A stretch of 64,000 nt of DNA from a bacterium. GTDB taxonomy: Bacteria > RBG-13-61-14 > DATKZS01. Below, piece after piece: positions 54,657-63,552 of this stretch (within the stretch, counting starts at the first letter, position 1; each line of letters opens with the position of its first letter). Made by a program: the position numbers and the translations under genes. A model generated the notes under the pieces. The model did no database searches. It was not told the origin of the DNA and worked only from the letters and a program-made list of their open reading frames with translations. Location: NCBI GenBank assembly GCA_046484135.1, contig JAWOBU010000269.1:401-64400 (forward strand), given 5' to 3'.

Positions 54657-54947
54657 TCACAGCCCGCGTTCTTCGATCTCCTCTGCGGAGCGGTGGGTGG
54701 CCTTATCCCAATTGTCGCTCGACTTGTCAATGGCCTTGCCCATGAAGCCGCGCTCCTCGTCTTTGTTCTCCTCCTGGCCGGAGTCCTTGTTCACGAGCTT
54801 CTCGGCACGCTCTTGCGCCCTCTGTTCCTTCTTTTTCATGTCCTCTTTGCGCTCCGCTTTCTCTTTTTCGAGGATGCCGGGAAGCACGAACACGATAAAC
54901 GCAACTATCGCCCCGATCACCACTCCGAGGAAAATCTTCTTGCCCAT
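54657..54947 (-). CDS. Small membrane-anchored charged protein (96 aa)
   Basis: ATG with a strong AGGAGG RBS; one N-terminal TM, then a Lys/Glu-rich tail. Confidence 0.55.
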   Translation of the reverse strand: MGKKIFLGVVIGAIVAFIVFVLPGILEKEKAERKEDMKKKEQRAQERAEKLVNKDSGQEENKDEERGFMGKAIDKSSDNWDKATHRSAEEIEERGL

Positions 54948-54969
54948 GGCTCCTCCTGTTCCGGCCGGT

Positions 54970-55542
54970 TCAGGTCGGCCTCATTCCCGCTTTCCGGAAA
55001 ATGCGGAACATGGTGATCAATGCAGCCGCGGCCAAGAGGGCCACAACTGGTATGACGTACCCGATGGTGTGCCCGTACAGGAAAACGGTTTCTTTGGGCG
55101 AAGCAGTGAACTCCGCATACGTGCCGACCTCCATGAGCCGGGGCATGGTGATAAGACTGAATAGGCCGAGGCCCGCGGCCAACACCGCGAACGCCATCCA
55201 CGCCTGCCTGGCCCGGTTCTTACGGATAAGAGTGGCGGACACTGCGAAGCCCGCCATGGCCGCGATCATGTAGCCCGACACCGCGAAAAGGCCGGTAAGC
55301 CGCACCGCTACCGGGTCCATGGCTGCGGGGTCCGCAAAGAACATGAGGCTCCAGTCCGGGTAATAGAAGTACAGGTACGTCCCCAGCGGAATAAAGAAGA
55401 ACAGTTGGAACATGACGAGCGCCATGAAGTACCAGTTTCTGACCGCGTACCGGGCCTGCTTTACATATGCGGGGCATAAGAGCGGAACCACCAGGCCCAG
55501 CACCAGGCTTGCTGTTATGTCGAATTGAACGGTTTTAATCAC
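54970..55542 (-). CDS. Hypothetical polytopic membrane protein
   Basis: 5-6 hydrophobic segments. The track ORF extends into the MITE at 55563-55693, so the start is placed tentatively at the GTG at 55542 (poor RBS spacing). Confidence 0.4.
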   Translation of the reverse strand: MIKTVQFDITASLVLGLVVPLLCPAYVKQARYAVRNWYFMALVMFQLFFFIPLGTYLYFYYPDWSLMFFADPAAMDPVAVRLTGLFAVSGYMIAAMAGFAVSATLIRKNRARQAWMAFAVLAAGLGLFSLITMPRLMEVGTYAEFTASPKETVFLYGHTIGYVIPVVALLAAAALITMFRIFRKAGMRPT

Positions 55543-55562
55543 CCCCTTTTTTCTATCGTTTA

Positions 55563-55693
55563 GAGCCTCTTGCAAAAAGGGCGGAGAGAAGGTGGGAGAG
55601 ACCTCCAGGTCTCGATGATCGCGAGCTGGAGCTCGCTCCCACCATCCAAAGTCTAACTTACCCCCTCGATAATCAGACTTTTGCAAGAGGCTC
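55563..55693. mobile_element. 131-bp MITE with 15-bp TIRs and a 5-bp target duplication
   Basis: GAGCCTCTTGCAAAA (55563-55577) is the inverted complement of 55679-55693. GTTTA flanks both sides (55558-55562, 55694-55698). Contains the 53-nt junction module at 55591-55643. Confidence 0.7.
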
Positions 55694-55695
55694 GT

Positions 55696-58209
55696 TTATA
55701 TAAAGTCGCTCCCGTCCATCTGGATGTCGTCCTCGGGACCGCCTTCTTCCTTGCCGGCCTCGTCCATGCGGCGGTAGCCCTCCAGCATCAGGGACTCGTA
55801 GGACACGGTAATGAGCCGCTCGGATATCTCCGCGGTCGGGTCTATGGTAAAGGAGCCTTCGCTCCAGTAGAGAATCTGGTAAAAGGCCTCCTCGCCCTTA
55901 AGGTCGTCCACGGAAGCGTTTACCACCTGGCCGTCCTCCATGTCTATGGAACAGGATTTGCCGTTGTTCTCGAGAATGATCCGGCCGGTCTTCCGGCCGG
56001 CGCCCATGATCTGGATGATGTCCGGTAGCGCCATCTCGGAGAGGCTCCCGGAGACCCCCGCGGCTTTTGACTCGGTCTTCTTCTCACTCCGGAGCTTGGT
56101 CATCAGGTTGTTGATCTTGGCCGCCAGGATCTCGATCCGGACCGGCTTTATCATGTAGTCCTCGGCTCCCAGCCGGAAGCCCTTGGTAACGGAGTTGGAG
56201 TCGTCCTTGCTGGCCAGGAACAAGAAGGGCACGTCTTTGGTCTCCGGTTCTTGCTTTATCTTTTCGATGAACTCGAAGCCCGAGTAGTCGGGCAGGTCGG
56301 TCTCGGTAATGATCAAGGAAGGGTTTTCCGCGCTCGCCTTTTCCAGGGCGTCCTCCGCGGTCTTGGCGGTGGACACGTTGAATCCCATGTTCACCAGCCG
56401 GAGCTCGAGCAGGGTCAGCATCTCCATCTCGGTGTCAACCACCAGCACTTTCTCTTGCCCCTCGGAAATCTGCTGGAGGTAGATGTCGTCCCGGACCACG
56501 CCCATAAAGTAGTCCACCAGGTCGGGATCGAACAAGGACCCGGAGGCCTGCTTTATCTTTTCCAGGGCCGCGGTGGCCTCGAGCGGCTCCTGTCCGGAGG
56601 ACTTGTTGGTCAGGTCTTCAAAGGCCTCGACAATGGACAGCACCCGGGAACCCACCGGTATCTCCTCGCCCTTGAGGCCGTCGGGCAGACCGCTCCCGTC
56701 CCATTTCTCGTACTGGTGCTTGATCACGGGCTTGATATCAAAGGGGTACTTGGCGGAGGCCAGTAGTTTCAGCGGTATCTCGGTCTGCTCCATGAGCTGT
56801 TCGGGGTCGGTGTTTTTATCCACCTTGAAGGCGGACCAGTGATACATCCCCTTCTTGCCCAGGTCGTGTACGTAGCCGGCCAGGGCGATGGAATCAATCT
56901 CCTTTTGCAACAGGTCCAGCTTGGAGGCCAGGAGCCGGGAGTACTTGCCCACGTTATGGCTGTGGCCCCGCATGCCGCCGCTCTCCATCTCCAGAAGACC
57001 CACCAGTATGTCCAGGGTCTCCAGGAAGGAGGTCATCAGGTTCTTGTATTGCCTGGTCTCTCCGATTACCGCGGAAGCGTAGTCCTTGATGATACAGAGC
57101 TGTACCGCGGGGAACTGCTCGGCCATGCGGTTGGCGAACTCCTCGCCTTCCCCTAAGTCCTGCTCCTTTATTACCAGGGAATCGTACTCCTCGCTCTCCA
57201 AAGCCTCCACCGCTTCCTCCCGCGACTTGACGCCGTGCACGCGGAAGCCTTCCGTGTTGAAAAGCTTGACTATGAACTTCTTGATGTTTTCGTGGGACTC
57301 GACCACCAGCATCCGGAGGCGGTAACGCTTGGACTCCGACCGGCGGGACGGCTTCTGTTCCACCTCTTCTACCGACTGGACCTGTTCCGAGGCCTCGGAG
57401 CCTCCCACCGGCGACACCATGACCTCTTCCACGTTCTCCTCGGCACCGGAGTCCATGTCCTGGATGACCACCTGGTCCCGGGCCGTATTATCGTCCCCCG
57501 GCATGTCGGCCATCCCGCCCAGGAAAACGCCCTCTTCGTCCTCCGTGTCAGCGCCCAAGGATATCCGGTCGTCCTCCTCTGCCTCCTCTCCCTCGGGAAC
57601 TATCTCCACCTGCCCCTCGTCCTTGGAGGAAGAAACCAGTTGAGAGAGGTCCAGGGACTTGTCCTGCTCGCCCAGGTCCTGGGAAAAGCTGGACCCCTGC
57701 AGCTCGTATCCGGCCATGCCGTCCCCCGAACCCAGTATCCGGTTAAAGGCGGACTCGTCTTTTTTGTACCACTTGTCTATAGCGGCCTGGATGGCCTCCT
57801 CCATGCCCACCAGGGCCTTGACGGTGCCGATTCCGGAAACAAAGGTGACCTCGTCCACCGCGGCCACGTTCTGAGGGTTGGTCATCACGATGGTCAGGGT
57901 CTTCTCGCTGCGCTTGTACTGGACCGGGAACAGGCGGTGCTTCTCCGCCACGTTCTGGGGGACCATCTTCAAAACGATCTCGGGGACTTTTAACTCGGAG
58001 AGCTTCTTGGTGGTAAGGTACTGGGTATGGAACTGCTTGGCCAGAAGACGTAAAAGGTCGGACTCCTCGATGTAGCCGAACTCCATCAAGACTTCGCCTA
58101 TGGATTTGCCATAGGCCTGCTCCTGCGCCTGCAGAGCTTCCTGGAGCTGGGCTTCGGTTATAATGTTCTCCCGTAAAAGTATTTGCCCGATTTTTTGATC
58201 TTCCATCAT
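55696..58209 (-). CDS. Multidomain signalling protein: MshEN (T2SSE_N) / degenerate REC / HD-GYP-like (HD...GLP) / atypical REC / DUF4388
   Basis: Tandem MshEN motifs KIGQILLRENIITEAQLQEALQAQ and SIGEVLMEFGYIEESDLLRLLAKQ; HSHNV...YVHDLGK...HQYEKWDGSGLP; C-terminal LSEMALPDIIQIMGAGRKTG. Confidence 0.75.
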   Translation of the reverse strand: MMEDQKIGQILLRENIITEAQLQEALQAQEQAYGKSIGEVLMEFGYIEESDLLRLLAKQFHTQYLTTKKLSELKVPEIVLKMVPQNVAEKHRLFPVQYKRSEKTLTIVMTNPQNVAAVDEVTFVSGIGTVKALVGMEEAIQAAIDKWYKKDESAFNRILGSGDGMAGYELQGSSFSQDLGEQDKSLDLSQLVSSSKDEGQVEIVPEGEEAEEDDRISLGADTEDEEGVFLGGMADMPGDDNTARDQVVIQDMDSGAEENVEEVMVSPVGGSEASEQVQSVEEVEQKPSRRSESKRYRLRMLVVESHENIKKFIVKLFNTEGFRVHGVKSREEAVEALESEEYDSLVIKEQDLGEGEEFANRMAEQFPAVQLCIIKDYASAVIGETRQYKNLMTSFLETLDILVGLLEMESGGMRGHSHNVGKYSRLLASKLDLLQKEIDSIALAGYVHDLGKKGMYHWSAFKVDKNTDPEQLMEQTEIPLKLLASAKYPFDIKPVIKHQYEKWDGSGLPDGLKGEEIPVGSRVLSIVEAFEDLTNKSSGQEPLEATAALEKIKQASGSLFDPDLVDYFMGVVRDDIYLQQISEGQEKVLVVDTEMEMLTLLELRLVNMGFNVSTAKTAEDALEKASAENPSLIITETDLPDYSGFEFIEKIKQEPETKDVPFLFLASKDDSNSVTKGFRLGAEDYMIKPVRIEILAAKINNLMTKLRSEKKTESKAAGVSGSLSEMALPDIIQIMGAGRKTGRIILENNGKSCSIDMEDGQVVNASVDDLKGEEAFYQILYWSEGSFTIDPTAEISERLITVSYESLMLEGYRRMDEAGKEEGGPEDDIQMDGSDFI

Positions 58210-58400
58210 GGAAAAGCCTTGAGAAGCAGACTGCCCTCCCCCTGCCGATCGGATAATGCCCCTTACAATCGGTCGGTGTTTGTTAGTATATCATCAGCCC
58301 ATAATCCTCGCAACAGCCGAAAAACCTTCCTCAGAAAGGAAAACCACGGCTTCGGGGGCTGGAGATCAAGTTAGCATGGATAGCCGTTCATAAAAAGTAA

Positions 58401-58411
58401 GGGGGGGGGGG
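58401..58411. repeat. G11 homopolymer in a divergent intergenic region
   Basis: Eleven consecutive G residues between the HD-GYP gene start (58209) and the DsbA-like gene start (58538). Confidence 0.9.
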
Positions 58412-58455
58412 AATATTCGTCCCCCGGGATTTTGAACAGAACGGCGTAATGCGGT

Positions 58456-58484
58456 TTGACAGTTGCCCTCAATAAAGTTATTTT
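58456..58484 (+). promoter_or_regulatory. Possible sigma70 promoter for the DsbA-like operon
   Basis: TTGACA (58456-58461), 17-nt spacer, TATTTT (58479-58484). Confidence 0.3.
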
Positions 58485-58537
58485 TCTTAAAACAGTATGA
58501 AAGAATGCGCACGAACCCACCAAAAAGGGAGAATGAA

Positions 58538-59479
58538 ATGGAAAATACTGCCTGGAACACAAAGCTGGTCTCGCGGCTTTCGATTGCATCGCTTCTGGTT
58601 GCGGTTGCGGTCCTGGCCGCGGGTTACTTTGCCGGATGCCGGAACTCTTCCGCGGACTCGGGCGGAGAGCGGGTCAAGGTGGTGCTGGAAGACGGGACCC
58701 CCCTGGCGGATCGGCTTGACAAGCTCGAGAGCGACATCGCCGAGCTCAAGTCCGGCTCGACCGGCGCTGCCGCCGGAGGGTGCGAGAATCTTGATAAGAG
58801 CCTTTCCGACTCGAACCAGAATCTCGTAAAAGAGGTACAGAAGTTACTCAAGAACCACAGTCTTATAAATATCAATCCCACTTACCCTCCTCTTCAGCTT
58901 TTCGACCTCAGTAAGCTGCCCAGCAAAGGCTCCAAGGACGCGCTGGTCACTATCATCGAGTTCTCCGATTTCCAGTGCCCTGCCTGCCGCCGCATGGCCC
59001 TTTACCTGGACAACCTGGTAAACAAGAACCAGGGCCAGGTGCGGCTGGTGTTCGTGGACCGCATTCTTCGGGCCGAGTACAGGGACGGATACCCCTTTCA
59101 TCCTTACGCCCTGATCGCCCACGAGGCGGCCGCGGAAGCACAGGTCCAGGGCAAGTTCTGGGACATGTACATCCACATCTTTAAGAACCAGAAGGCCCTG
59201 TTCCCGGCAAGGCCCAAGAGCGAAGAGGACTACGAGAAGAAAAAGAAACAGGTGCGGGAAAAACTCATTCAGGCCGCCGGAGAGCTCGACATGGACAAGG
59301 AGGCCATGCGGGAGGCCCTTTCCAACCATACTCACAGAGAAGCTCTTTTAGATACCAACGAGATGGCTAAGAAGATGGACATAAACTCCACGCCCACTGT
59401 CTGGAGCAGCGCCTTCTTCCGGACCAAGAACCCTCAGCAGGTGGTGGACATGATAAACCGGGCCACCGAGCTCAAGTAA
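58538..59479 (+). CDS. DsbA-family thiol:disulfide oxidoreductase lipoprotein
   Basis: Lipobox-like LAAGYFAGC; thioredoxin-fold FSDFQCPACRR active site. ATG at 58538 after GGGAGAA. Confidence 0.7.
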   Translation: MENTAWNTKLVSRLSIASLLVAVAVLAAGYFAGCRNSSADSGGERVKVVLEDGTPLADRLDKLESDIAELKSGSTGAAAGGCENLDKSLSDSNQNLVKEVQKLLKNHSLININPTYPPLQLFDLSKLPSKGSKDALVTIIEFSDFQCPACRRMALYLDNLVNKNQGQVRLVFVDRILRAEYRDGYPFHPYALIAHEAAAEAQVQGKFWDMYIHIFKNQKALFPARPKSEEDYEKKKKQVREKLIQAAGELDMDKEAMREALSNHTHREALLDTNEMAKKMDINSTPTVWSSAFFRTKNPQQVVDMINRATELK

Positions 59480-59506
59480 GACAGCGCCCTGCCGGAAAAG
59501 GAGAGG

Positions 59507-61030
59507 ATGAAGATGAAAAAGGCCGCGCTATTTGCTGTCATTGCTTTGGCGGCCGCTGTCTGTTACTGCAAGCCGTCCCCTGATAAACCAGCACCCGAGC
59601 CCGCGGAACAGCCGGAAAAGGAACCGGCGCCCGCCCGGGTGCGACCGGCTGTTGCCGACGGTTCATCCCTGGCAGTCGTGTTCAAGTCCATCGAAAAAAA
59701 CCTGGACCGGCTCTCCCGGGAGGCCGAGCTTTTAAAACACAAGCCCTCGCTGAAGCGGGACAAAACCTATGAGTTCGACACCGCCGGGGCCCCCACTAAA
59801 GGCCCGGAGGACGCCGACATCAAGGTGGTGGCCTTTACCGACTTCGAATGTCCGGCCTGTGCCAAGTTTGCCTCCACCATGAAAAAGATCGTGAAAAAGT
59901 TCCCCGACCACGTGAGCATCACCGTCATGAACTTTCCCTTGAATAAAGAATGCAACCCTATGCTCGCAACCCGCATGCATCCCCGGGCCTGCTTCCTGGC
60001 CGAGCTCGCCATGGCTGCCCACGACCAGGAAAAGTACTGGACCATGCACGACTACATCTTTGGAAACCGCTCCCGCGTCCGGAGGGACAACATAAAGGAG
60101 TTCGCCAAACGCCACGGCATGGAGGGGGAGAAGCTTCTCCAGGCGGTGCAGGAGCACAAGTACAAGCAGAAAATCCAGGACCAGGCCCGGCAGCTTGCCA
60201 AGACCGGGAAGCGCGGGACCCCTGCGGTGTTCATTAACGGCATGGAGGTCAAAAAACCCGCCTGGCACAACGCCGAGAAAACCGAGAGCTTCATAAAAGA
60301 ACTGATAAGTCCCGAGCGGGAAGAGGAACCCGTGCAAAAGACGGTTTCGGACCCGGCTTCACTGCCTGCGGCCGCGGTGGTACTCGAGGACGGGACCTCT
60401 CTTGATGAGCGGCTCCGCCGTGTCCTCGACAAGCTGGAAAACATAAGACTCCGAAGAGAACGCGAATCATCCGCGACCTCCCGGCAGAGCAACCCGCGCG
60501 ACCCGGACAGGAAGTACCCCTTTCATCTCGAAAACCGGCCCGGCCTGGGGCCGGAAGACGCTCCGGTTACAGTAGTGGCCTTTCTGGACCTCCTCTCCGC
60601 CCACACCGAAAGGATGGTCCCCGTCCTTCGCGAGGTCCACAACGAGTATCCGGAAAAAGCAAGGATTGTCTTCAAGTTCAAGCCGCGCGCCCGCAGGGAC
60701 GTGGCGGGCGACGTTCACGTCATCGCGCTGGAAGCATGGCGGCAGGGCAAGTTCCACGAGCTTCTGGACCTGGTACTGGAACAAAGAAGGGACCTTACCG
60801 AGCAGGACCTCGCCAATCTCGCGAAAGAGGCCGGTCTGGACATGGAAGCCTATAAAAAGGCTTTGGATGACAACAAGGCCAGGAGACCTCTTATAAAGGA
60901 CCTCCAGGACGCCAGGCACGCCCGGGTAAAAAGGACCCCCGCCGTCTTCGTGAACGGCAAGTTTCTGCCCGAGGTGAACAAATCCTCAATCCTGGAAGCG
61001 ATCGAGAAGAAAGTTAATGGCGGTGATTAA
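59507..61030 (+). CDS. Lipoprotein with two DsbA-like thioredoxin-fold domains (first CPAC, second without CxxC)
   Basis: AAAVCYC lipobox-like; FTDFECPACAKF in domain 1; the equivalent site in domain 2 reads FLDLLSAHTER. The start may be the second ATG (59513). Confidence 0.7.
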   Translation: MKMKKAALFAVIALAAAVCYCKPSPDKPAPEPAEQPEKEPAPARVRPAVADGSSLAVVFKSIEKNLDRLSREAELLKHKPSLKRDKTYEFDTAGAPTKGPEDADIKVVAFTDFECPACAKFASTMKKIVKKFPDHVSITVMNFPLNKECNPMLATRMHPRACFLAELAMAAHDQEKYWTMHDYIFGNRSRVRRDNIKEFAKRHGMEGEKLLQAVQEHKYKQKIQDQARQLAKTGKRGTPAVFINGMEVKKPAWHNAEKTESFIKELISPEREEEPVQKTVSDPASLPAAAVVLEDGTSLDERLRRVLDKLENIRLRRERESSATSRQSNPRDPDRKYPFHLENRPGLGPEDAPVTVVAFLDLLSAHTERMVPVLREVHNEYPEKARIVFKFKPRARRDVAGDVHVIALEAWRQGKFHELLDLVLEQRRDLTEQDLANLAKEAGLDMEAYKKALDDNKARRPLIKDLQDARHARVKRTPAVFVNGKFLPEVNKSSILEAIEKKVNGGD

Positions 61031-61034
61031 AAAC

Positions 61035-61964
61035 ATGAAGAAAAAAATTCTTTTACTTTTCCTGGTCCCTGTTTTGCTTGTCGGAACCAATGCCGGCCCT
61101 TTACAGGCCGCAGAGGACGAGAGGGCCGCGTTGCAAAAATATCCCTCGCGGGAGACACAACGGCCCATTACCATGGGGAAACATCTTTACGAGACCAACC
61201 TGTCCATTAGCTCGCTTTCCACCGACCGGGCGTGGAACGAGGACGGCGAAGTAGTGGAGACCTACGGGCCCTATAACCTTTTTACTGCCGAGCTCATGAT
61301 ACGCTACGGGCTCTCCGAAAGCTGGCAGGTGTCGGCTACCCTGCCTTACATAACCGGCGAGATAGGAGAGACCACCGGCGGCTCCATCGGGGACATCCGG
61401 GCGGGGCTCGAATACGAGCTCTTTTTCGGTCCGCGTAACAGCATGAGCTTTGCCGCCGAGGCTTCCTACCCCAGCGGGCTGTCCGATTACCACTACGAGA
61501 TACTGGGTGAGGACCTGCGGGCGAAGAACTTTCGGACCGGGGACCCCGGCTATAACGTGTATCCGTCCATGGCCTACCGGTACCGCAGCGAGAGCTTCTC
61601 GTTCCGCTTGCGGGCCACCGGCGTGTTTACCGGCCCGGGCGAAATCCGTTTCAACCAGATACGGGGGTTCGAAAAAAACGTGGACATGGACCCGGGCGAC
61701 GGTTACCGGGCCAAAGTCGGCTTTTATTACCAGTTCCATGACAAGTGGGCCGGGGGACTGTTCGGCAGGTACGTAACGATCTCGGCGAGCGAGGTTGACG
61801 GCGAGAGCCTGGAGGACGACAATGAATTATTCGAAGCCAGGCCCTTCCTGGCGTATCAGCCCAATCAAAAGCTGGATGTTTCCCTGGGGGTCGGCGTTCC
61901 CGTCTACGGCAGGAACAACCCCTTGGGGTATCCGGTGCTGCTGGAAGTAAGAAGCAGGTTTTAA
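61035..61964 (+). CDS. Outer-membrane beta-barrel protein (MetA/phenol-pathway-like transporter family)
   Basis: Signal peptide MKKKILLLFLVPVLLVGTNAGPLQA, alternating beta-strand pattern, C-terminal ...LLEVRSRF with a terminal Phe. Confidence 0.6.
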   Translation: MKKKILLLFLVPVLLVGTNAGPLQAAEDERAALQKYPSRETQRPITMGKHLYETNLSISSLSTDRAWNEDGEVVETYGPYNLFTAELMIRYGLSESWQVSATLPYITGEIGETTGGSIGDIRAGLEYELFFGPRNSMSFAAEASYPSGLSDYHYEILGEDLRAKNFRTGDPGYNVYPSMAYRYRSESFSFRLRATGVFTGPGEIRFNQIRGFEKNVDMDPGDGYRAKVGFYYQFHDKWAGGLFGRYVTISASEVDGESLEDDNELFEARPFLAYQPNQKLDVSLGVGVPVYGRNNPLGYPVLLEVRSRF

Positions 61965-61971
61965 GGAGGAT

Positions 61972-63219
61972 ATGATGGAGTACTCCGACAGGTACAAGGG
62001 TTCTTATCAGTTGTTTGAAAGGGCCACCGAGGTCATCCCCGGAGGGATTCCCAGCCCCCGCACTCCCTACTTTCTGGTGTTCGGACAACAGCCCGTGTTT
62101 ATTGACCGGGCGGAAGGGGCAAAGCTCTGGGACGTGGACGGCCACGAGTACATTGATTACATGTGCGCCTATGGAGCGGTGTTCCTGGGATACAAGCACC
62201 CCGCGGTGGAAAAAGCTGTCCGCGAACAGTCGGAAAAAAGCAACTGCACCAGCCTGCCCAGCAGAAAATGGGTCGAGCTTGCCGAGTTCCTGGTGGACGA
62301 GGTCCCCATGGCGGACTGGTGCGTGTTCGCCAAGAACGGGTCGGACGTGACCTCACACGCCGCCATGGTCGCCAGGACCCACACCGACAAGCCCGGCATC
62401 GCCAGGGCACATCACGCCTACCACGGCCTCCATCACTGGTGCGTCGAGTCCCAGGTGGGAATACCGCCCGAGTACAAGGCCCACAATTACTTTTTCAACT
62501 ACAACGACATCGAGGACATGGAGGACGTGGTCGAGAAAAACAAGGACCAGCTCGCAGCCCTCTTCCTCACCCCGGTCGGACACTGGGCCCTCAAAGACCA
62601 GGAAGAGCCGGTCCCCGGCTTCATGGAAAAGGCCCGCGAGCTGTGCGACAAGCACGGCATGCTGCTCGTGATTGACGACATCCGTTGCGGCTTCCGCATT
62701 CAGTATGAAGGCACTCATGCCTACTACAGCAACATCGAACCGGACATCATCTCCTTCGGAAAAGCCATCGGAAACGGACACCCCCTGGCGGTCAACCTGG
62801 GAAAGAAAGAGTTCTTCGAGTCAGCCAAGAGGCTCTACTTCTCCGGCACCCACTTCTACTCCGCCGAGCCCATGGCAGCGGCCATGGCGTGCCTTAACGA
62901 GATCAAAGCATCCGGCGCCATCGAAAAGGTCCATAAGCTGGGCACCAGGCTCATGGAAGGGCTCCGCCAGGCCGGTAAAACCAACGGCTTCAACGTCTCC
63001 GTTACCGGACATCCCGCCATGCCCTACATCACCTTCGAGGACGACCAGAACCGTGAGAAAAACCGGGCCTTCTGCGCAGAGGCCGCCAAGCGGGGAGTGT
63101 TCTTCCACCCCCACCATAACTGGTTCGTAAGCGCCGCACTTACCGAAGAAGACATCGAGAAAACACTGGAAGCGTCCGAGCAGTCCTTTAAGGCGATGAA
63201 GGAGACATACGGCGGCTGA
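61972..63219 (+). CDS. Class-III PLP aminotransferase (glutamate-1-semialdehyde aminomutase-like)
   Basis: IDRAEGAKLWDVDGHEYIDY, LVIDDIRCGFR, ISFGKAIGNG (PLP lysine); AAGGAGG RBS. Confidence 0.75.
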   Translation: MMEYSDRYKGSYQLFERATEVIPGGIPSPRTPYFLVFGQQPVFIDRAEGAKLWDVDGHEYIDYMCAYGAVFLGYKHPAVEKAVREQSEKSNCTSLPSRKWVELAEFLVDEVPMADWCVFAKNGSDVTSHAAMVARTHTDKPGIARAHHAYHGLHHWCVESQVGIPPEYKAHNYFFNYNDIEDMEDVVEKNKDQLAALFLTPVGHWALKDQEEPVPGFMEKARELCDKHGMLLVIDDIRCGFRIQYEGTHAYYSNIEPDIISFGKAIGNGHPLAVNLGKKEFFESAKRLYFSGTHFYSAEPMAAAMACLNEIKASGAIEKVHKLGTRLMEGLRQAGKTNGFNVSVTGHPAMPYITFEDDQNREKNRAFCAEAAKRGVFFHPHHNWFVSAALTEEDIEKTLEASEQSFKAMKETYGG

Positions 63220-63552
63220 TCACTGTTTTACCCTGCCGTATCCAAGAGCGGGAGCTTCTCCTGCCTTTCGAAAACCTTCGGCATTTCCGCCGAGGATATC
63301 AGCAGAATCTAGAGGTCCGCCGAGCTCATAAAGGAAGGCCAATACGCCATGCTGACAGACCCCAACGTGGTTTACCCCCACAATAATTTCTTGCTCCTGA
63401 TGAAAATCTGCTCTGAAACAGACTTCTCAGTAACCAATATCTTGACAATATGAGCTTTCAACAAGCCGGAGGACAAATCACCCGAACCCCCAGGGATTTT
63501 GGAGGCATGGCTCCGGTGGCCCATGGCATGAGATGAAGGAGGTGTTTTTAGC

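Noticed and set aside
54434-54730. 99-residue N-terminal extension of the GH20 ORF
   Set aside because: The signal peptide and a GGAGG RBS define the ATG at 54433. The extension is Pro/Arg-rich and overlaps the real small gene at 54657-54947 in another frame.
63220-63552. Non-coding gap before the Macro-domain gene with a short HTH-like peptide (SKTFGISAEDISRI) interrupted by a stop; possible antitoxin/regulator remnant
   Set aside because: It is too short and is interrupted. There is no RBS or partner gene, and the similarity is only impressionistic.
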